NCBI GenBank assembly: GCA_964016885.1
Contig: OZ024741.1
Coordinates: 169,694,001-169,758,000, forward strand
Origin: Eledone cirrhosa
Taxonomy: Eukaryota
Direction of reading: 5' to 3'
DNA length: 64,000 nt
How positions within the stretch are numbered: position 1 is the first letter of the stretch; every line of letters begins with the position of its first letter. Shown here in pieces: positions 14,648-29,815 of the stretch. The notes under the pieces are model-generated. The model did no database searches. It saw nothing but the letters and a program-made list of their open reading frames with translations, and was not told the DNA's origin. A program made the translations under genes and the position numbers.

Positions 14648-17600
14648 ACAAACATACCAAGCATAACAAACATACCAAGCATACCAAACATACCAAGCAT
14701 ACCAAACATACCAAGCATACCAGGCATACCAAGCATACCAAACATACCAAACATACCAAACATACCAAGCATACCAAACATACCAAACATACCAAGCATA
14801 CCAAGCATACCAAACATACCAAACATACCAAGCATACCAGGCATACCAAACATACCAAGCATACCAAGCATACCAAGCATACCAAGCATACCAAACATAC
14901 CAAACATACCAAACATACCAAGCATACCAAGCATACCAAACATACCAAACATACCAAACATACCAAATATACCAAACATACCAAGCATACCAAGCATACC
15001 AAACATACCAAACATACCAAACATACCAAGCATACCAAACATACCAAACATACCAAACATACCAAACATACCAAGCATACCAAACATACCAAACATACCA
15101 AGCATACCAAGCATACCAAGGATACCAAACATACCAAGCATACCAAACATACCAAGCATACCAAACATTACAAACATACCAAACATTACAAACATACCAA
15201 ACATACCAAGCATACCAAGCATACCAAACATACCAAACATACCAAACATACCAAGCATACCAAGCATACCAAGCATACCAAACATACCAAACATACCAAA
15301 CATTACAAACATACCAAACATACCAAGCATACCAGGCATACCAAACATACCAAGCATTCCAAGCGTACCAAACATACCAAGCATTCGAAGCATACCAAGC
15401 ATACCAGGCATACCAAGCATACCAAGCGTACCAAACATACCAAACATACCAAACATACCAAGCATACCAGGCATACCAAACATACCAAGCATACCAAACA
15501 TACCAAGCATACCAAACATACCAAACATACCAAGCATTCGAAGCATACCAAGCATACCAGGCATACCAAGCATACCAAGCCTACCAAACATACCAAACAT
15601 ACCAAACATACCAAGCATACCAGGCATACCAGGCATACCAAGCATACCAAATATACCAAACATACCAAGCATACCAAACATACCAAACATACCAAGCATA
15701 CCAATCATTCCAAACATGCCAAACATACCAAGCATACCAAGCATACCAAGCATACTAAACATACCAAACATATCAAACATACCAAACATACCAAGCATAC
15801 TAAACATACCAAACATACCAAGCATACCAAACATACCAAGCATACCAAACATACTAAACATACCAAACATACCAAACATACCAAGCATACCAAACATACC
15901 AAACATACCAAGCATACCAAACATACCAAACATACCAAGCATTCCAAGCGTACCAAACATACCAAGCATTCGAAGCATACCAGGCATACCAGGCATACCA
16001 AGCATACCAAGCGTACCAAACATACCAAACATACCAAACATACCAAACATACCAAGCATACCAAACATACCAAACATACCAAGCATACCAAGCATACCAA
16101 ACATACCAAACATACCAAACATACCAAACATACCAAGCATACCAAACATACCAAACATACTAAACATACCAAACATACCAAACATACCAAACATACCAAG
16201 CATACCAAACATACCAAGCATACTAAACATACCAAACATACCAAACATATCAAACATACCAAGCATACTAAACATACCAAACATACCAAACATACCAAAC
16301 ATACCAAGCATACCAAACATACCAAGCATACCAAATATACCAAACATACCAAACATACCAAACATACCAAGCATACCAAACATACCAACCATACCAAACA
16401 TACCAAGCATGCCAAACATACCAAGCATACCAAACATACCAAACATACCAAGCATACCAAACATACCAAACATACCAAACATACCAAACATACCAAGCAT
16501 GCCAAACATACCAAGCATACCAAACATACCAAACATACCAAACATACCAAGCATACTAAACATACCAAACATACCAAACATACCAAGCATACCAAACATA
16601 CCAAACATACCAAACATACCAAGCATACCAAACGTACCAAACATACCAAACATACCAAACATACCAAACACCAAGCATACCAAACATACCAAACATACCA
16701 AGCATACTAAACATACCAAACATACTAAACATACCAAACATACCAAACATACCAAACATACCAAGCATACCAAACATACCAAGCATACCAAACATACCAA
16801 ACATACCAAACATACCAAGCATACCAAACATACCAAGCATACCAAACATACCAAACATACCAAACATACCAAACACCAAGCATACCAAACATACCAAACA
16901 TACCAAGCATACTAAACATACCAAACATACTAAACATACCAAACATACCAAACATACCAAACATACCAAGCATACCAAACATACCAAGCATACTAAACAT
17001 ACCAAACATACTAAACATACCAAGCATACCAAACATACCAAGCATACTAAACATACCAAACATACCAAACATACCAAACATACTAAACATACCAAACATA
17101 CCAAACATACCAAGCATACCAAACATACCAAGCATACTAAACATACCAAACATACCAAACATACCAAGCATACTAAACATACCAAACATACCAAACATAC
17201 CAAACATACTAAACATACCAAACATACCAAACATACCAAGCATACCAAACATACCAAGCATACTAAACATACCAAACATACTAAACATACCAAACATACC
17301 AAACATACCAAGCATACTAAACATACCAAACATACCAAACATACCAAGCATACCAAACATACCAAGCATACCAAACATACCAAACATACCAAACATACCA
17401 AGCATACCAAACATACCAAGCATACCAAACATACCAAACATACCAAACATACCAAACACCAAGCATACCAAACATACCAAACATACCAAGATACTAAACA
17501 TACCAAACATACCAAGCATACCAAACATACCAAACATACTAAACATACCAAACATACCAAACATACCAAACATACCAAGCATACCAAACATACCAAGCAT

Positions 17601-20600
17601 ACTAAACATACCAAACATACTAAACATACCAAACATACCAAACATACCAAACATACAAAACATACCAAACATACCAAACACCAAGCATACCAAACATACC
17701 AAACATACCAAGCATACTAAACATACCAAACATACTAAACATACCAAACATACCAAACATACCAAACATACCAAGCATACCAAACATACCAAGCATACTA
17801 AACATACCAAACATACTAAACATACCAAACATACCAAACATACCAAACATACTAAACATACCAAACATACCAAACACCAAGCATACCAAACATACCAAAC
17901 ATACCAAGCATACTAAACATACCAAAAATACTAAACATACCAAACATACCAAACATACCAAACATACCAAGCATACCAAACATACCAAGCATACTAAACA
18001 TACCAAACATACTAAACATACCAAACATACCAAACATACCAAACATACTAAACATACCAAACATACCAAACATACCAAACATACTAAACATACCAAACAT
18101 ACCAAACATACCAAACATACTAAACATACCAAACATACTAAGCATACCAAACATACCAAACATACCAAACATACCAAACATACCAAGCATACTAAACATA
18201 CCAAACATACTAAACATACCAAACATACCAAACATACCAAACATACTAAACATACCAAACATACCAAACACCAAGCATACCAAACATACCAAACATACCA
18301 AGCATACTAAACATACCAAACATACTAAACATACCAAACATACCAAACATACCAAACATACCAAACATACCAAACATACTAAACATACCAGGCATACCAA
18401 ACATACCAAGCATTCCAAGCGTACCAAACATACCAAGCATTCGAAGCATACCAAGCATACCAGGCATACCAAGCATACCAAGCGTACCAAACATACCAAA
18501 CATACCAAACATACCAAGCATACCAGGCATACCAAACATACCAAGCATACCAAACATACCAAGCATACCAAACATACCAAACATACCAAGCATTCGAAGC
18601 ATACCAAGCATACCAGGCATACCAAGCATACCAAGCCTACCAAACATACCAAACATACCAAACATACCAAGCATACCAGGCATACCAGGCATACCAAGCA
18701 TACCAAATATACCAAACATACCAAGCATACCAAACATACCAAACATACCAAGCATACCAATCATTCCAAACATGCCAAACATACCAAGCATACCAAGCAT
18801 ACCAAGCATACTAAACATACCAAACATATCAAACATACCAAACATACCAAGCATACTAAACATACCAAACATACCAAGCATACCAAACATACCAAGCATA
18901 CCAAACATACTAAACATACCAAACATACCAAACATACCAAGCATACCAAACATACCAAACATACCAAGCATACCAAACATACCAAACATACCAAGCATTC
19001 CAAGCGTACCAAACATACCAAGCATTCGAAGCATACCAGGCATACCAGGCATACCAAGCATACCAAGCGTACCAAACATACCAAACATACCAAACATACC
19101 AAACATACCAAGCATACCAAACATACCAAACATACCAAGCATACCAAGCATACCAAACATACCAAACATACCAAACATACCAAACATACCAAGCATACCA
19201 AACATACCAAACATACTAAACATACCAAACATACCAAACATACCAAGCATACCAAACATACCAAGCATACTAAACATACCAAACATACCAAACATATCAA
19301 ACATACCAAGCATACAAAACATACCAAACATACCAAACATACCAAACATACCAAGCATACCAAACATGCCAAGCATACCAAATATACCAAACATACCAAA
19401 CATACCAAACATACCAAGCATACCAAACATACCAACCATACCAAACATACCAAGCATGCCAAACATACCAAGCATACCAAACATACCAAACATACCAAGC
19501 ATACCAAACATACCAAACATACCAAACATACCAAACATACCAAGCATGCCAAACATACCAAGCATACCAAACATACCAAACATACCAAACATACCAAGCA
19601 TACTAAACATACCAAACATACCAAACATACCAAGCATACCAAACATACCAAACATACCAAACATACCAAGCATACCAAACGTACCAAACATACCAAACAT
19701 ACCAAACATACCAAACACCAAGCATACCAAACATACCAAACATACCAAGCATACTAAACATACCAAACATACTAAACATACCAAACATACCAAACATACC
19801 AAACATACCAAGCATACCAAACATACCAAGCATACCAAACATACCAAACATACCAAACATACCAAGCATACCAAACATACCAAGCATACCAAACATACCA
19901 AACATACCAAACATACCAAACACCAAGCATACCAAACATACCAAACATACCAAGCATACTAAACATACCAAACATACTAAACATACCAAACATACCAAAC
20001 ATACCAAACATACCAAGCATACCAAACATACCAAGCATACTAAACATACCAAACATACTAAACATACCAAGCATACCAAACATACCAAGCATACTAAACA
20101 TACCAAACATACCAAACATACCAAACATACTAAACATACCAAACATACCAAACATACCAAGCATACCAAACATACCAAGCATACTAAACATACCAAACAT
20201 ACCAAACATACCAAGCATACTAAACATACCAAACATACCAAACATACCAAACATACTAAACATACCAAACATACCAAACATACCAAGCATACCAAACATA
20301 CCAAGCATACTAAACATACCAAACATACTAAACATACCAAACATACCAAACATACCAAGCATACTAAACATACCAAACATACCAAACATACCAAGCATAC
20401 CAAACATACCAAGCATACCAAACATACCAAACATACCAAACATACCAAGCATACCAAACATACCAAGCATACCAAACATACCAAACATACCAAACATACC
20501 AAACACCAAGCATACCAAACATACCAAAATACCAAGATACTAAACATACCAAACATACCAAGCATACCAAACATACCAAACATACCAAACATACCAAACA

Positions 20601-23600
20601 TACCAAACATACCAAACATACCAAGCATACCAAACATACCAAGCATACTAAACATACCAAACATACTAAACATACCAAGCATACTAAACATACCAAACAT
20701 ACTAAACATACCAAACATACCAAACATACCAAACATACCAAGCATACCAAACATACCAAGCATACTAAACATACCAAACATACTAAACATACCAAACATA
20801 CCAAACATACCAAACATACTAAACATACCAAACATACCAAACACCAAGCATACCAAACATACCAAACATACCAAGCATACTAAACATACCAAACATACTA
20901 AACATACCAAACATACCAAACATACCAAGCATACCAAGCATACCAAACATACCAAGCATACTAAACATACCAAACATACTAAACATACCAAACATACCAA
21001 ACATACCAAACATACTAAACATACCAAACATACCAAACATACCAAACATACTAAACATACCAAACATACCAAACATACCAAACATACTAAACATACCAAA
21101 CATACTAAGCATACCAAACATACCAAACATACCAAACATACCAAGCATACTAAACATACCAAACATACTAAACATACCAAACATACCAAACATACCAAAC
21201 ATACTAAACATACCAAACATACCAAACACCAAGCATACCAAACATACCAAACATACCAAGCATACTAAACATACCAAACATACTAAACATACCAAACATA
21301 CCAAACATACCAAACATACCAAACATACCAAACATACTAAACATACCAGGCATACCAAACATACCAAGCATTCCAAGCGTACCAAACATACCAAGCATTC
21401 GAAGCATACCAAGCATACGAGGCATACCAAGCATACCAAGCGTACCAAACATACCAAACATACCAAACATACCAAGCATAAAAGGCATACCAAACATACC
21501 AAGCATACCAAACATACCAAGCATACCAAACATACCAAACATACCAAGCATTCGAAGCATACCAAGCATACCAGGCATACCAAGCATACCAAGCCTACCA
21601 AACATACCAAACATACCAAACATACCAAGCATACCAGGCATACCAGGCATACCAAGCATACCAAATATACCAAACATACCAAGCATACCAAACATACCAA
21701 ACATACCAAGCATACCAATCATTCCAAACATGCCAAACATACCAAGCATACCAAGCATACCAAGCATACTAAACATACCAAACATATCAAACATACCAAA
21801 CATACCAAGCATACTAAACATACCAAACATACCAAGCATACCAAACATACCAAGCATACCAAACATACTAAACATACCAAACATACCAAACATACCAAGC
21901 ATACCAAACATACCAAACATACCAAGCATACCAAACATACCAAACATACCAAGCATTCCAAGCGTACCAAACATACCAAGCATTCGAAGCATACCAGGCA
22001 TACCAGGCATACCAAGCATACCAAGCGTACCAAACATACCAAACATACCAAACATACCAAACATACCAAGCATACCAAACATACCAAACATACCAAGCAT
22101 ACCAAGCATACCAAACATACCAAACATACCAAACATACCAAACATACCAAGCATACCAAACATACCAAACATACTAAACATACCAAACATACCAAACATA
22201 CCAAACATACCAAGCATACCAAACATACCAAGCATACTAAACATACCAAACATACCAAACATATCAAACATACCAAGCATACTAAACATACCAAACATAC
22301 CAAACATACCAAACATACCAAGCATACCAAACATACCAAGCATACCAAATATACCAAACATACCAAACATACCAAACATACCAAGCATACCAAACATACC
22401 AACCATACCAAACATACCAAGCATGCCAAACATACCAAGCATACCAAACATACCAAACATACCAAGCATACCAAACATACCAAACATACCAAACATACCA
22501 AACATACCAAGCATGCCAAACATACCAAGCATACCAAACATACCAAACATACCAAACATACCAAGCATACTAAACATACCAAACATACCAAACATACCAA
22601 GCATACCAAACATACCAAACATACCAAACATACCAAGCATACCAAACGTACCAAACATACCAAACATACCAAACATACCAAACACCAAGCATACCAAACA
22701 TACCAAACATACCAAGCATACTAAACATACCAAACATACTAAACATACCAAACATACCAAACATACCAAACATACCAAGCATACCAAACATACCAAGCAT
22801 ACCAAACATACCAAACATACCAAACATACCAAGCATACCAAACATACCAAGCATACCAAACATACCAAACATACCAAACATACCAAACACCAAGCATACC
22901 AAACATACCAAACATACCAAGCATACTAAACATACCAAACATACTAAACATACCAAACATACCAAACATACCAAACATACCAAGCATACCAAACATACCA
23001 AGCATACTAAACATACCAAACATACTAAACATACCAAGCATACCAAACATACCAAGCATACTAAACATACCAAACATACCAAACATACCAAACATACTAA
23101 ACATACCAAACATACCAAACATACCAAGCATACCAAACATACCAAGCATACTAAACATACCAAACATACCAAACATACCAAGCATACTAAACATACCAAA
23201 CATACCAAACATACCAAACATACTAAATATACCAAACATACCAAACATACCAAGCATACCAAACATACCAAGCATACTAAACATACCAAACATACTAAAC
23301 ATACCAAACATACCAAACATACCAAGCATACTAAACATACCAAACATACCAAACATACCAAGCATACCAAACATACCAAGCATACCAAACATACCAAACA
23401 TACCAAACATACCAAGCATACCAAACATACCAAGCATACCAAACATACCAAACATACCAAACATACCAAACACCAAGCATACCAAACATACCAAACATAC
23501 CAAGATACTAAACATACCAAACATACCAAGCATACCAAACATACCAAACATACTAAACATACCAAACATACCAAACATACCAAACATACCAAGCATACCA

Positions 23601-24436
23601 AACATACCAAGCATACTAAACATACCAAACATACTAAACATACCAAACATACCAAACATACCAAACATACTAAACATACCAAACATACCAAACATACCAA
23701 GCATACCAAACATACCAAACATACCAAGCATACTAAACATACCAAACATACTAAACATACCAAACATACCAAACATACCAAACATACCAAGCATACCAAA
23801 CATACCAAGCATACTAAACATACCAAACATACTAAACATACCAAACATACCAAACATACCAAACATACTAAACATACCAAACATACCAAACACCAAGCAT
23901 ACCAAACATACCAAACATACCAAGCATACTAAACATACCAAACATACTAAACATACCAAACATACCAAACATACCAAACATACCAAGCATACCAAACATA
24001 CCAAGCATACTAAACATACCAAACATACTAAACATACCAAACATACCAAACATACCAAACATACTAAACATACCAAACATACCAAACATACCAAACATAC
24101 TAAACATACCAAACATACCAAACATACCAAACATACTAAACATACCAAACATACTAAGCATACCAAACATACCAAACATACCAAACATACCAAGCATACT
24201 AAACATACCAAACATACTAAACATACCAAACATACCAAACATACCAAACATACTAAACATACCAAACATACCAAACACCAAGCATACCAAACATACCAAA
24301 CATACCAAGCATACTAAACATACCAAACATACTAAACATACCAAACATACCAAACATACCAAACATACCAAACATACTAAACATACCAAACATACCAAAC
24401 ATACCAAATATACCAAACATACCAAACATACCAAGC
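14648..24436. repeat. 9-bp minisatellite (ACATACCAA/GCATACCAA), about 9.8 kb, with a ~3-kb higher-order repeat
   Basis: Variant AATCATTCCAAACATGCC occurs at about 15703, 18759 and 21718. Variant AAACGTACC occurs at about 16630, 19677 and 22644. Occasional 7-bp ACACCAA units shift the phase. Confidence 0.97.
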
Positions 24437-24495
24437 TGGCATTAATAGCTTTGACGGAAGAATAACAACAACAATAATAATAAAATTAATATTAA

Positions 24496-24659
24496 TAATT
24501 GTTTCTATTTTAGGCACAAGGCCAGCAATTACCCAATGCATTACTGGTACTTTATTTTATTGACCCCCCGTAAGGATGAAAGGCAAAATTAACCTCGGCG
24601 AGATTTGAACTCAGAATGGCAAGGGCCGACACTCTACCAATACTGCCAATCCACCGCCT
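24496..24659 (-). mobile_element. SINE copy with an internal deletion
   Basis: TTGTTTCTA..GGCACAAGGCC...GCCAATCCACCGCC, with ATTAATATTAATAAT on both sides. Confidence 0.85.
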
Positions 24660-24682
24660 ATTAATTAATATTAATATTAATA

Positions 24683-24749
24683 ATGATGATGATAACGATG
24701 GTATTGATGATGATGATGATAAGGATGACGATGATTATGATTACAATTA

Positions 24750-24788
<39 letters not shown>

Positions 24789-24945
24789 GTATTGATGATG
24801 ATAATGATGATGATGATGATGATGATGATGATGGTATTGATGATGATGATGATGATGATGGTATTGATGATGATGATGATGATGATGGTGTTGATGATGA
24901 TGATGGTGTTGGCGATGATGATGATGATGATGATGATGGCGACGA
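24683..24945. repeat. (GAT)n microsatellite
   Basis: Seen directly in the sequence. Confidence 0.95.
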
Positions 24946-25554
24946 TTTCTAAGTCATACAAATTTGACTGATACAATTATACGAATTTCAGACGACCAAT
25001 GCAACATGCAAATATCTTGCTAATCTTGATGGCGCTTTTATTTGAAAAATAAAGACATCGATTCATCCGAGTTTATCTGCAAGTCGTTTCAATGGCAGGT
25101 CTTTTCTCGGCGAATCCTTTGTACGTAGCTGTATGTTATTTTGAATAATCGATTAGATAAGATGCAAAACTCCTCTCGCATTCTACAGTATTAGTAGAGT
25201 GTACACGTTATGATAGTCGAGGAACAATTTTATGAGTCGGTGCTGACAGCCTGTGTTGTCCCCTTTGGAGTATATTCAGACCTGCACATTACTTTCTAGT
25301 TGTTATAATGGGGTGTTACACCTGTTAGTATATCTGTACGAACGAAGATAAAACCAAAGTATTCACCAGACGTAATTTCTCACTACAATGAGACACAGTA
25401 GACACAGTCTACTGATAGTTCACTTCAGTTATTACTTATAGACATTTCGCTTAGACCACTTTTAGTTACGCGGGGGTGTTCAGGGTTTTTCCCTACAACA
25501 GTAGTCAGACTAAATTGGCCACTAATTGGAATTGCTAAGAATCGCACGCTATTT

Positions 25555-26500
25555 ACGTCAAAGGTATCTCTCCCATTGCTCCTGTACGGAGATTTCCTTC
25601 AAAATGTGACGCAGCAGGCCGTGTCGGTATACACGGTTGGACATTACAGAAATCGAGGTGGACACCACCATATGGAAGGCATATGGGGGTGATAACAAGA
25701 GCTGACATAAACCAGACCATTGTATAAGCTTGCAGCTCTGCCTCCGGAGAGGTAAGTTCATAAGGCTAAATGTCGCGAGTCTCTGGAATAATGGTTCTGT
25801 TAAGGTGCTTGATGTCTGGTCAGACTTGACCATCATGCCATGACACAATTTTCTGCTGACCAGATTGGTACGTATAATCTTCCTCTTCTCATAGAATGGA
25901 CATGTTGCGCTCGTCACAAGCTTAATTTCCTGTAAACATCCTCTGTGTGGAGAATTCGGTATGTCATAGTGGATAATGTGCAGTACTCTCTGGGGTTGCA
26001 CCATCTGCGGAATTTCCTGACCGGTGAGAAAGTGTGGTCACCGTTTGTTAAGCATATCTTCAAAGACTTTTACTTTTTGATAGAGCTGCAAACCTAGCTC
26101 AAACGAAGACCGACATTGGACTCTTTGGACCTAGAATGTTATCAAGCGCTCATATTTCTCTACCATTTGGGTAATGCAGAAGGTAGTGTGTCAACTATTG
26201 CATTCTACAGAGGTTTAACTTGGATAAGAGCGACGATGTATTGGGGAAGATTCTGGGCGTCAATAGAGATCTACTTAATCTATTGAAGAAGACATTCAGC
26301 TTTGGGAATACTTGGCCTGTCAGGTTTACCGCGGGTGGTGAGATTTGCTGGTTCGGGTGAAAATCAATAACAACGAAATGACGTCAGCCAAACTTGCCCG
26401 AGATGTACATAGAAAGCGATAAAACACTTCTGTTCGCATTCGTTCAATGTTTGAGCAATGCTGATTTGTGGGCATATGTGGGATGGATGTTGAATGAAAA
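25555..26500 (-). pseudogene. Possible heavily degraded L1/Tx1-like LINE C-terminal region
   Basis: Non-repetitive sequence with higher GC. Frameshifted RWCNP..ESTAH near 25980-26010 resembles a CCHC knuckle. Many stops. Confidence 0.25.
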
Positions 26501-26539
26501 TGGCTATCAATCGAGTCTACCGCGAGGATGACTCGCCAC

Positions 26540-26855
26540 CTTCCACAACATTTTTAAGTTCAAATTGGAGAGGGAAGTAAATGTGGATTGTGAAGTGCTG
26601 CTCTTAGGTAAATTTGCTGAAAGGTAGGTGAGAGTGGCAAATATGGCCTGAATAAATGTACATGTAGCCCGGAGAATACAGTTTGGAGAAGGCCTTCGTA
26701 GTCAGTGTAACCCACGATATATAATGTTACCAGCCTTACTACAGGTAGATGTTCTCTTTTAAGGCACATCATAAGGTTGTATTTTATGTAAACAACCATT
26801 TTTGAATTTCTCATTGTAAGGTACCGTCAAACTTGTGGCAAAGAAAGAAATTCTT
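26540..26855 (+). mobile_element. Old Tx1/L1-like LINE 3' fragment
   Basis: FHNIFKFKLEREVNVDCEVL..KFAER*VRVANMA is homologous to the copy at 27001. It ends in CTTGTGGCAAAGAAAGAAATT. Confidence 0.55.
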
Positions 26856-26994
26856 ACATGCCCTCCTTCAAGATTGTTAAAATTATTATTATTATTATTG
26901 GTCATTGAAGTTAATGGACGTACTATCATGAGCCCGAGTAAATTTGTTATTTCTACGGTTTTAGATAGGTTTATTATTAATATTTTTGTTTCAA

Positions 26995-27416
26995 AACTTC
27001 GGTGATGCCCTGATTGAGTTTTTCAAATTTCATTTGAAAAGGAAAATCAGGGTGGAGAGGGAAGTGCTCCCATACCATCAATTTGTTGAAAGATAGGTGA
27101 GAGACGCAAGCATGGCCCGAGTGAATAGGCCTGCTCTGAGTATGCACATGTAGATTGGGGGTAGAAAACTGGGAGAGGGCACTTGCCCTAGTGGTGAGGG
27201 TTACCGTGGCTTTTTTTTAATGGGTTTTCTCCATGAGTGACTCTCGGAAGTCTCCCCACCCCTATTAGAGAATTTTCCTTTGTTTCTTTTTTTGTCATTT
27301 CATTTGTTATTGTTTTTTCTTTACACGCAGAAATGCCCATTTGTACCATCCTGTATTGTCCTGTACTGTCCTTAATGTTATACTTTATGTCAACCCTTGT
27401 GGTTAATAAAGAAAGC

Positions 27417-27440
<24 letters not shown>
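26995..27440 (+). mobile_element. Tx1/L1-like LINE 3' end with 3' UTR, AATAAA and (ATT)n tail
   Basis: Translates as GDALIEFFKFHLKRKIRVEREVLPYHQFVER*VRDASMARVN. A T-rich UTR follows, then CCTTGTGGTTAATAAAGAAAGC(ATT)n. Confidence 0.65.
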
Positions 27441-27455
<15 letters not shown>

Positions 27456-27469
27456 GTTGCTGCTGCTGC

Positions 27470-27537
<68 letters not shown>

Positions 27538-28141
27538 TTGTTCCTGTTGTAGTTGTTGTTGTTGTCGATGTATTTTGTTGCTTGTTGTATTGTTGCTGTT
27601 GCTGTTGTTGTTCCTGTTGCTGAAGCTTCTTTCAATTGAAACAGGAAAACAAAATTCGCCTGGAGAAAATAGCAATTATATTTTGAAATATAAAATGAAT
27701 CAAAACAACAAAAACAAAAAAGACAAGAAATAGAAAATACCATACATTTGTATAAAGTAAGGCATCTACATTGTCTTTCCTCTCTCTATCTTTCTCACTA
27801 TATATAAATACAAACACAAACACATATATATATATACGCACACATACACACACGCCCACACATATATGTATATATATGTACACATATACGCACATATACA
27901 CACACACACATATATATATATATGTATATATATATATGTATATATATATATATGTACACACGTACACACATACACACATACACATACACACATATATATA
28001 TGTATATATATGTACACACATACACACATACACATATACACACATACACACATATATATATTTATACACACACACACACATATATATGTATATATATGTA
28101 CACACATACACACATACACACACATATATATATATATACAT

Positions 28142-28176
<35 letters not shown>

Positions 28177-28325
28177 TAAATATATATATATACATATACA
28201 CACGTGTGTACGTGTACTTTCGTAGACGTGGGACTGAATGGATAAAAGCAATAGAGGCAACACCTATGTAGAAGTGTATGTAGGCGTGGATATGTGAATG
28301 TCTCTCTCTGTATATATATATATAT

Positions 28326-28458
28326 AACGAAGGAAATGTGGTAAGGAACCAGGTGGACCATAACGCACCAAAGTACTCAATACTTAGGGTAGTAGAGTGG
28401 GTAATAGGAACCAGTAAGACCCCGATGGCTGAACTCAAGCCGTCGGGTCTTACTGGTT

Positions 28459-28463
<5 letters not shown>
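28326..28463. mobile_element. PLE-derived fold-back element, family A copy 1
   Basis: An AACGAAGG..GTACTCAATAC leader is followed by a terminal hairpin at 28404-28463. Both flanks are (TA)n. Confidence 0.8.
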
Positions 28464-28553
<90 letters not shown>

Positions 28554-28615
28554 TAACATACATACATATATATATATGTACATATATATATTCATATATA
28601 TATATATGTATGTTA

Positions 28616-28663
<48 letters not shown>

Positions 28664-28777
28664 ATAAGAATATATATATATATATATATATTTATTAAAA
28701 TAACAGATTAAAGTTTAAGCAAATTTTAGTCTTCAAATTTATTATTATTACTATATATATATATATATTATATATAA

Positions 28778-28834
<57 letters not shown>

Positions 28835-28880
28835 AATATATATATATATAAGAATATATATATATATAAGAATATATATA

Positions 28881-29230
28881 CGGTGTTAAGGCAACCACGT
28901 CACCTTTTTGTTCAACACTGACACAGGAACGATGTACTAGTTTCAAGCTTGTTAGCTATCGTCAGCACCGTATACCCTTCTGCCAGATGGTTGAACGTTC
29001 GAAAGTATATACTTTCCTTATGAAAATTAACGGCTGAGCAGCCTAATTTGCATATCGAGTGAGTCTATTCTATTCCATTTATCGTTTTCGGTGCGCCTGG
29101 CCGACTGAACTCACTCGATATGCAAATTAGGCTGCTCAGCCGTTAATTTTCACAAGGAAAGTATATACTTTCGAACGTTCAACCATCTGGCAGAAGGGTA
29201 TACGGTGCTGACGATAGCTAACAAGCTTGA
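28881..29230. mobile_element. Fold-back element with 122-bp inverted arms in (TA)n
   Basis: 28943-29064 is the reverse complement of 29109-29230 (1 mismatch), with a 44-nt spacer. Confidence 0.85.
28929..28971 (-). ncRNA. Minimal type I hammerhead ribozyme
   Basis: ACGGTG-CTGACGA-T-AGCT(AACA)AGCT-T-GAA-ACTAGT-A|CATCGT. Stem I is 6 bp, stem III is the palindrome ACTAGT and the cleavage triplet is GUA. Confidence 0.8.
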
Positions 29231-29284
29231 GAATATATATATATAAGAATATATATATATATATATATGAATATATTATATATA

Positions 29285-29353
<69 letters not shown>

Positions 29354-29552
29354 ATGTATGTGTGTGTGTATCTGCATATGTGTGTGTATGTGTATATGTG
29401 GGTCGGTGTACATATGTGTATGGAGTTATGCGTTTGAATCACTATTATGCCATCTTGAAGAAATATGAATTCAATCAAAGTTTGACCAACCTTCAAATTT
29501 ATTCTATTATTTAATTACCTGACGAAAGATACGGATATATATATATATATAT

Positions 29553-29771
29553 AACGAAGGAAATGTGGTAAGGAACCAGGTGGACCATAACGCACCAAAG
29601 TACTCAATACTTAGGGTAGTAGAGTGGGTAATAGGAACGAGTAGGACCCCACCATATATGGAATTACCCCCTGAGAAGCTCGGCTATTCATATACCAGGA
29701 TAAAAATTTTCATTTAGTCCAGAATTAGCCGTCGAAACGGCTTGAGCTCAGCCGTCGGGGTCCTACTCGTT

Positions 29772-29776
<5 letters not shown>
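29553..29776. mobile_element. PLE-derived fold-back element, family A copy 2 (contains a whole hammerhead)
   Basis: Same leader as 28326. Arms are ATAGGAACGAGTAGGACCCC and GGGGTCCTACTCGTTCCTAT. Confidence 0.8.
29666..29761 (+). ncRNA. Type I hammerhead ribozyme with long stem II and full stem III (one core mismatch)
   Basis: ACCCC-CTGAGAA-..CGGCTA(long loop)TAGCCG..-GAAAC-GGCT(TGAGCTC)AGCC-GTC|GGGGT. Confidence 0.65.

Positions 29777-29815
<39 letters not shown>

Noticed and set aside
13855-24434. Long MFG/VCL/IPN ORFs as real genes
   Set aside because: They are open in several frames and on both strands because of the 9-bp unit. They are broken by 7-bp units and have no unique domain or convincing splice sites.
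29519-29535. CTGACGA next to (TA)n as another hammerhead
   Set aside because: It is truncated, with no stem II-GAAA-stem III downstream.
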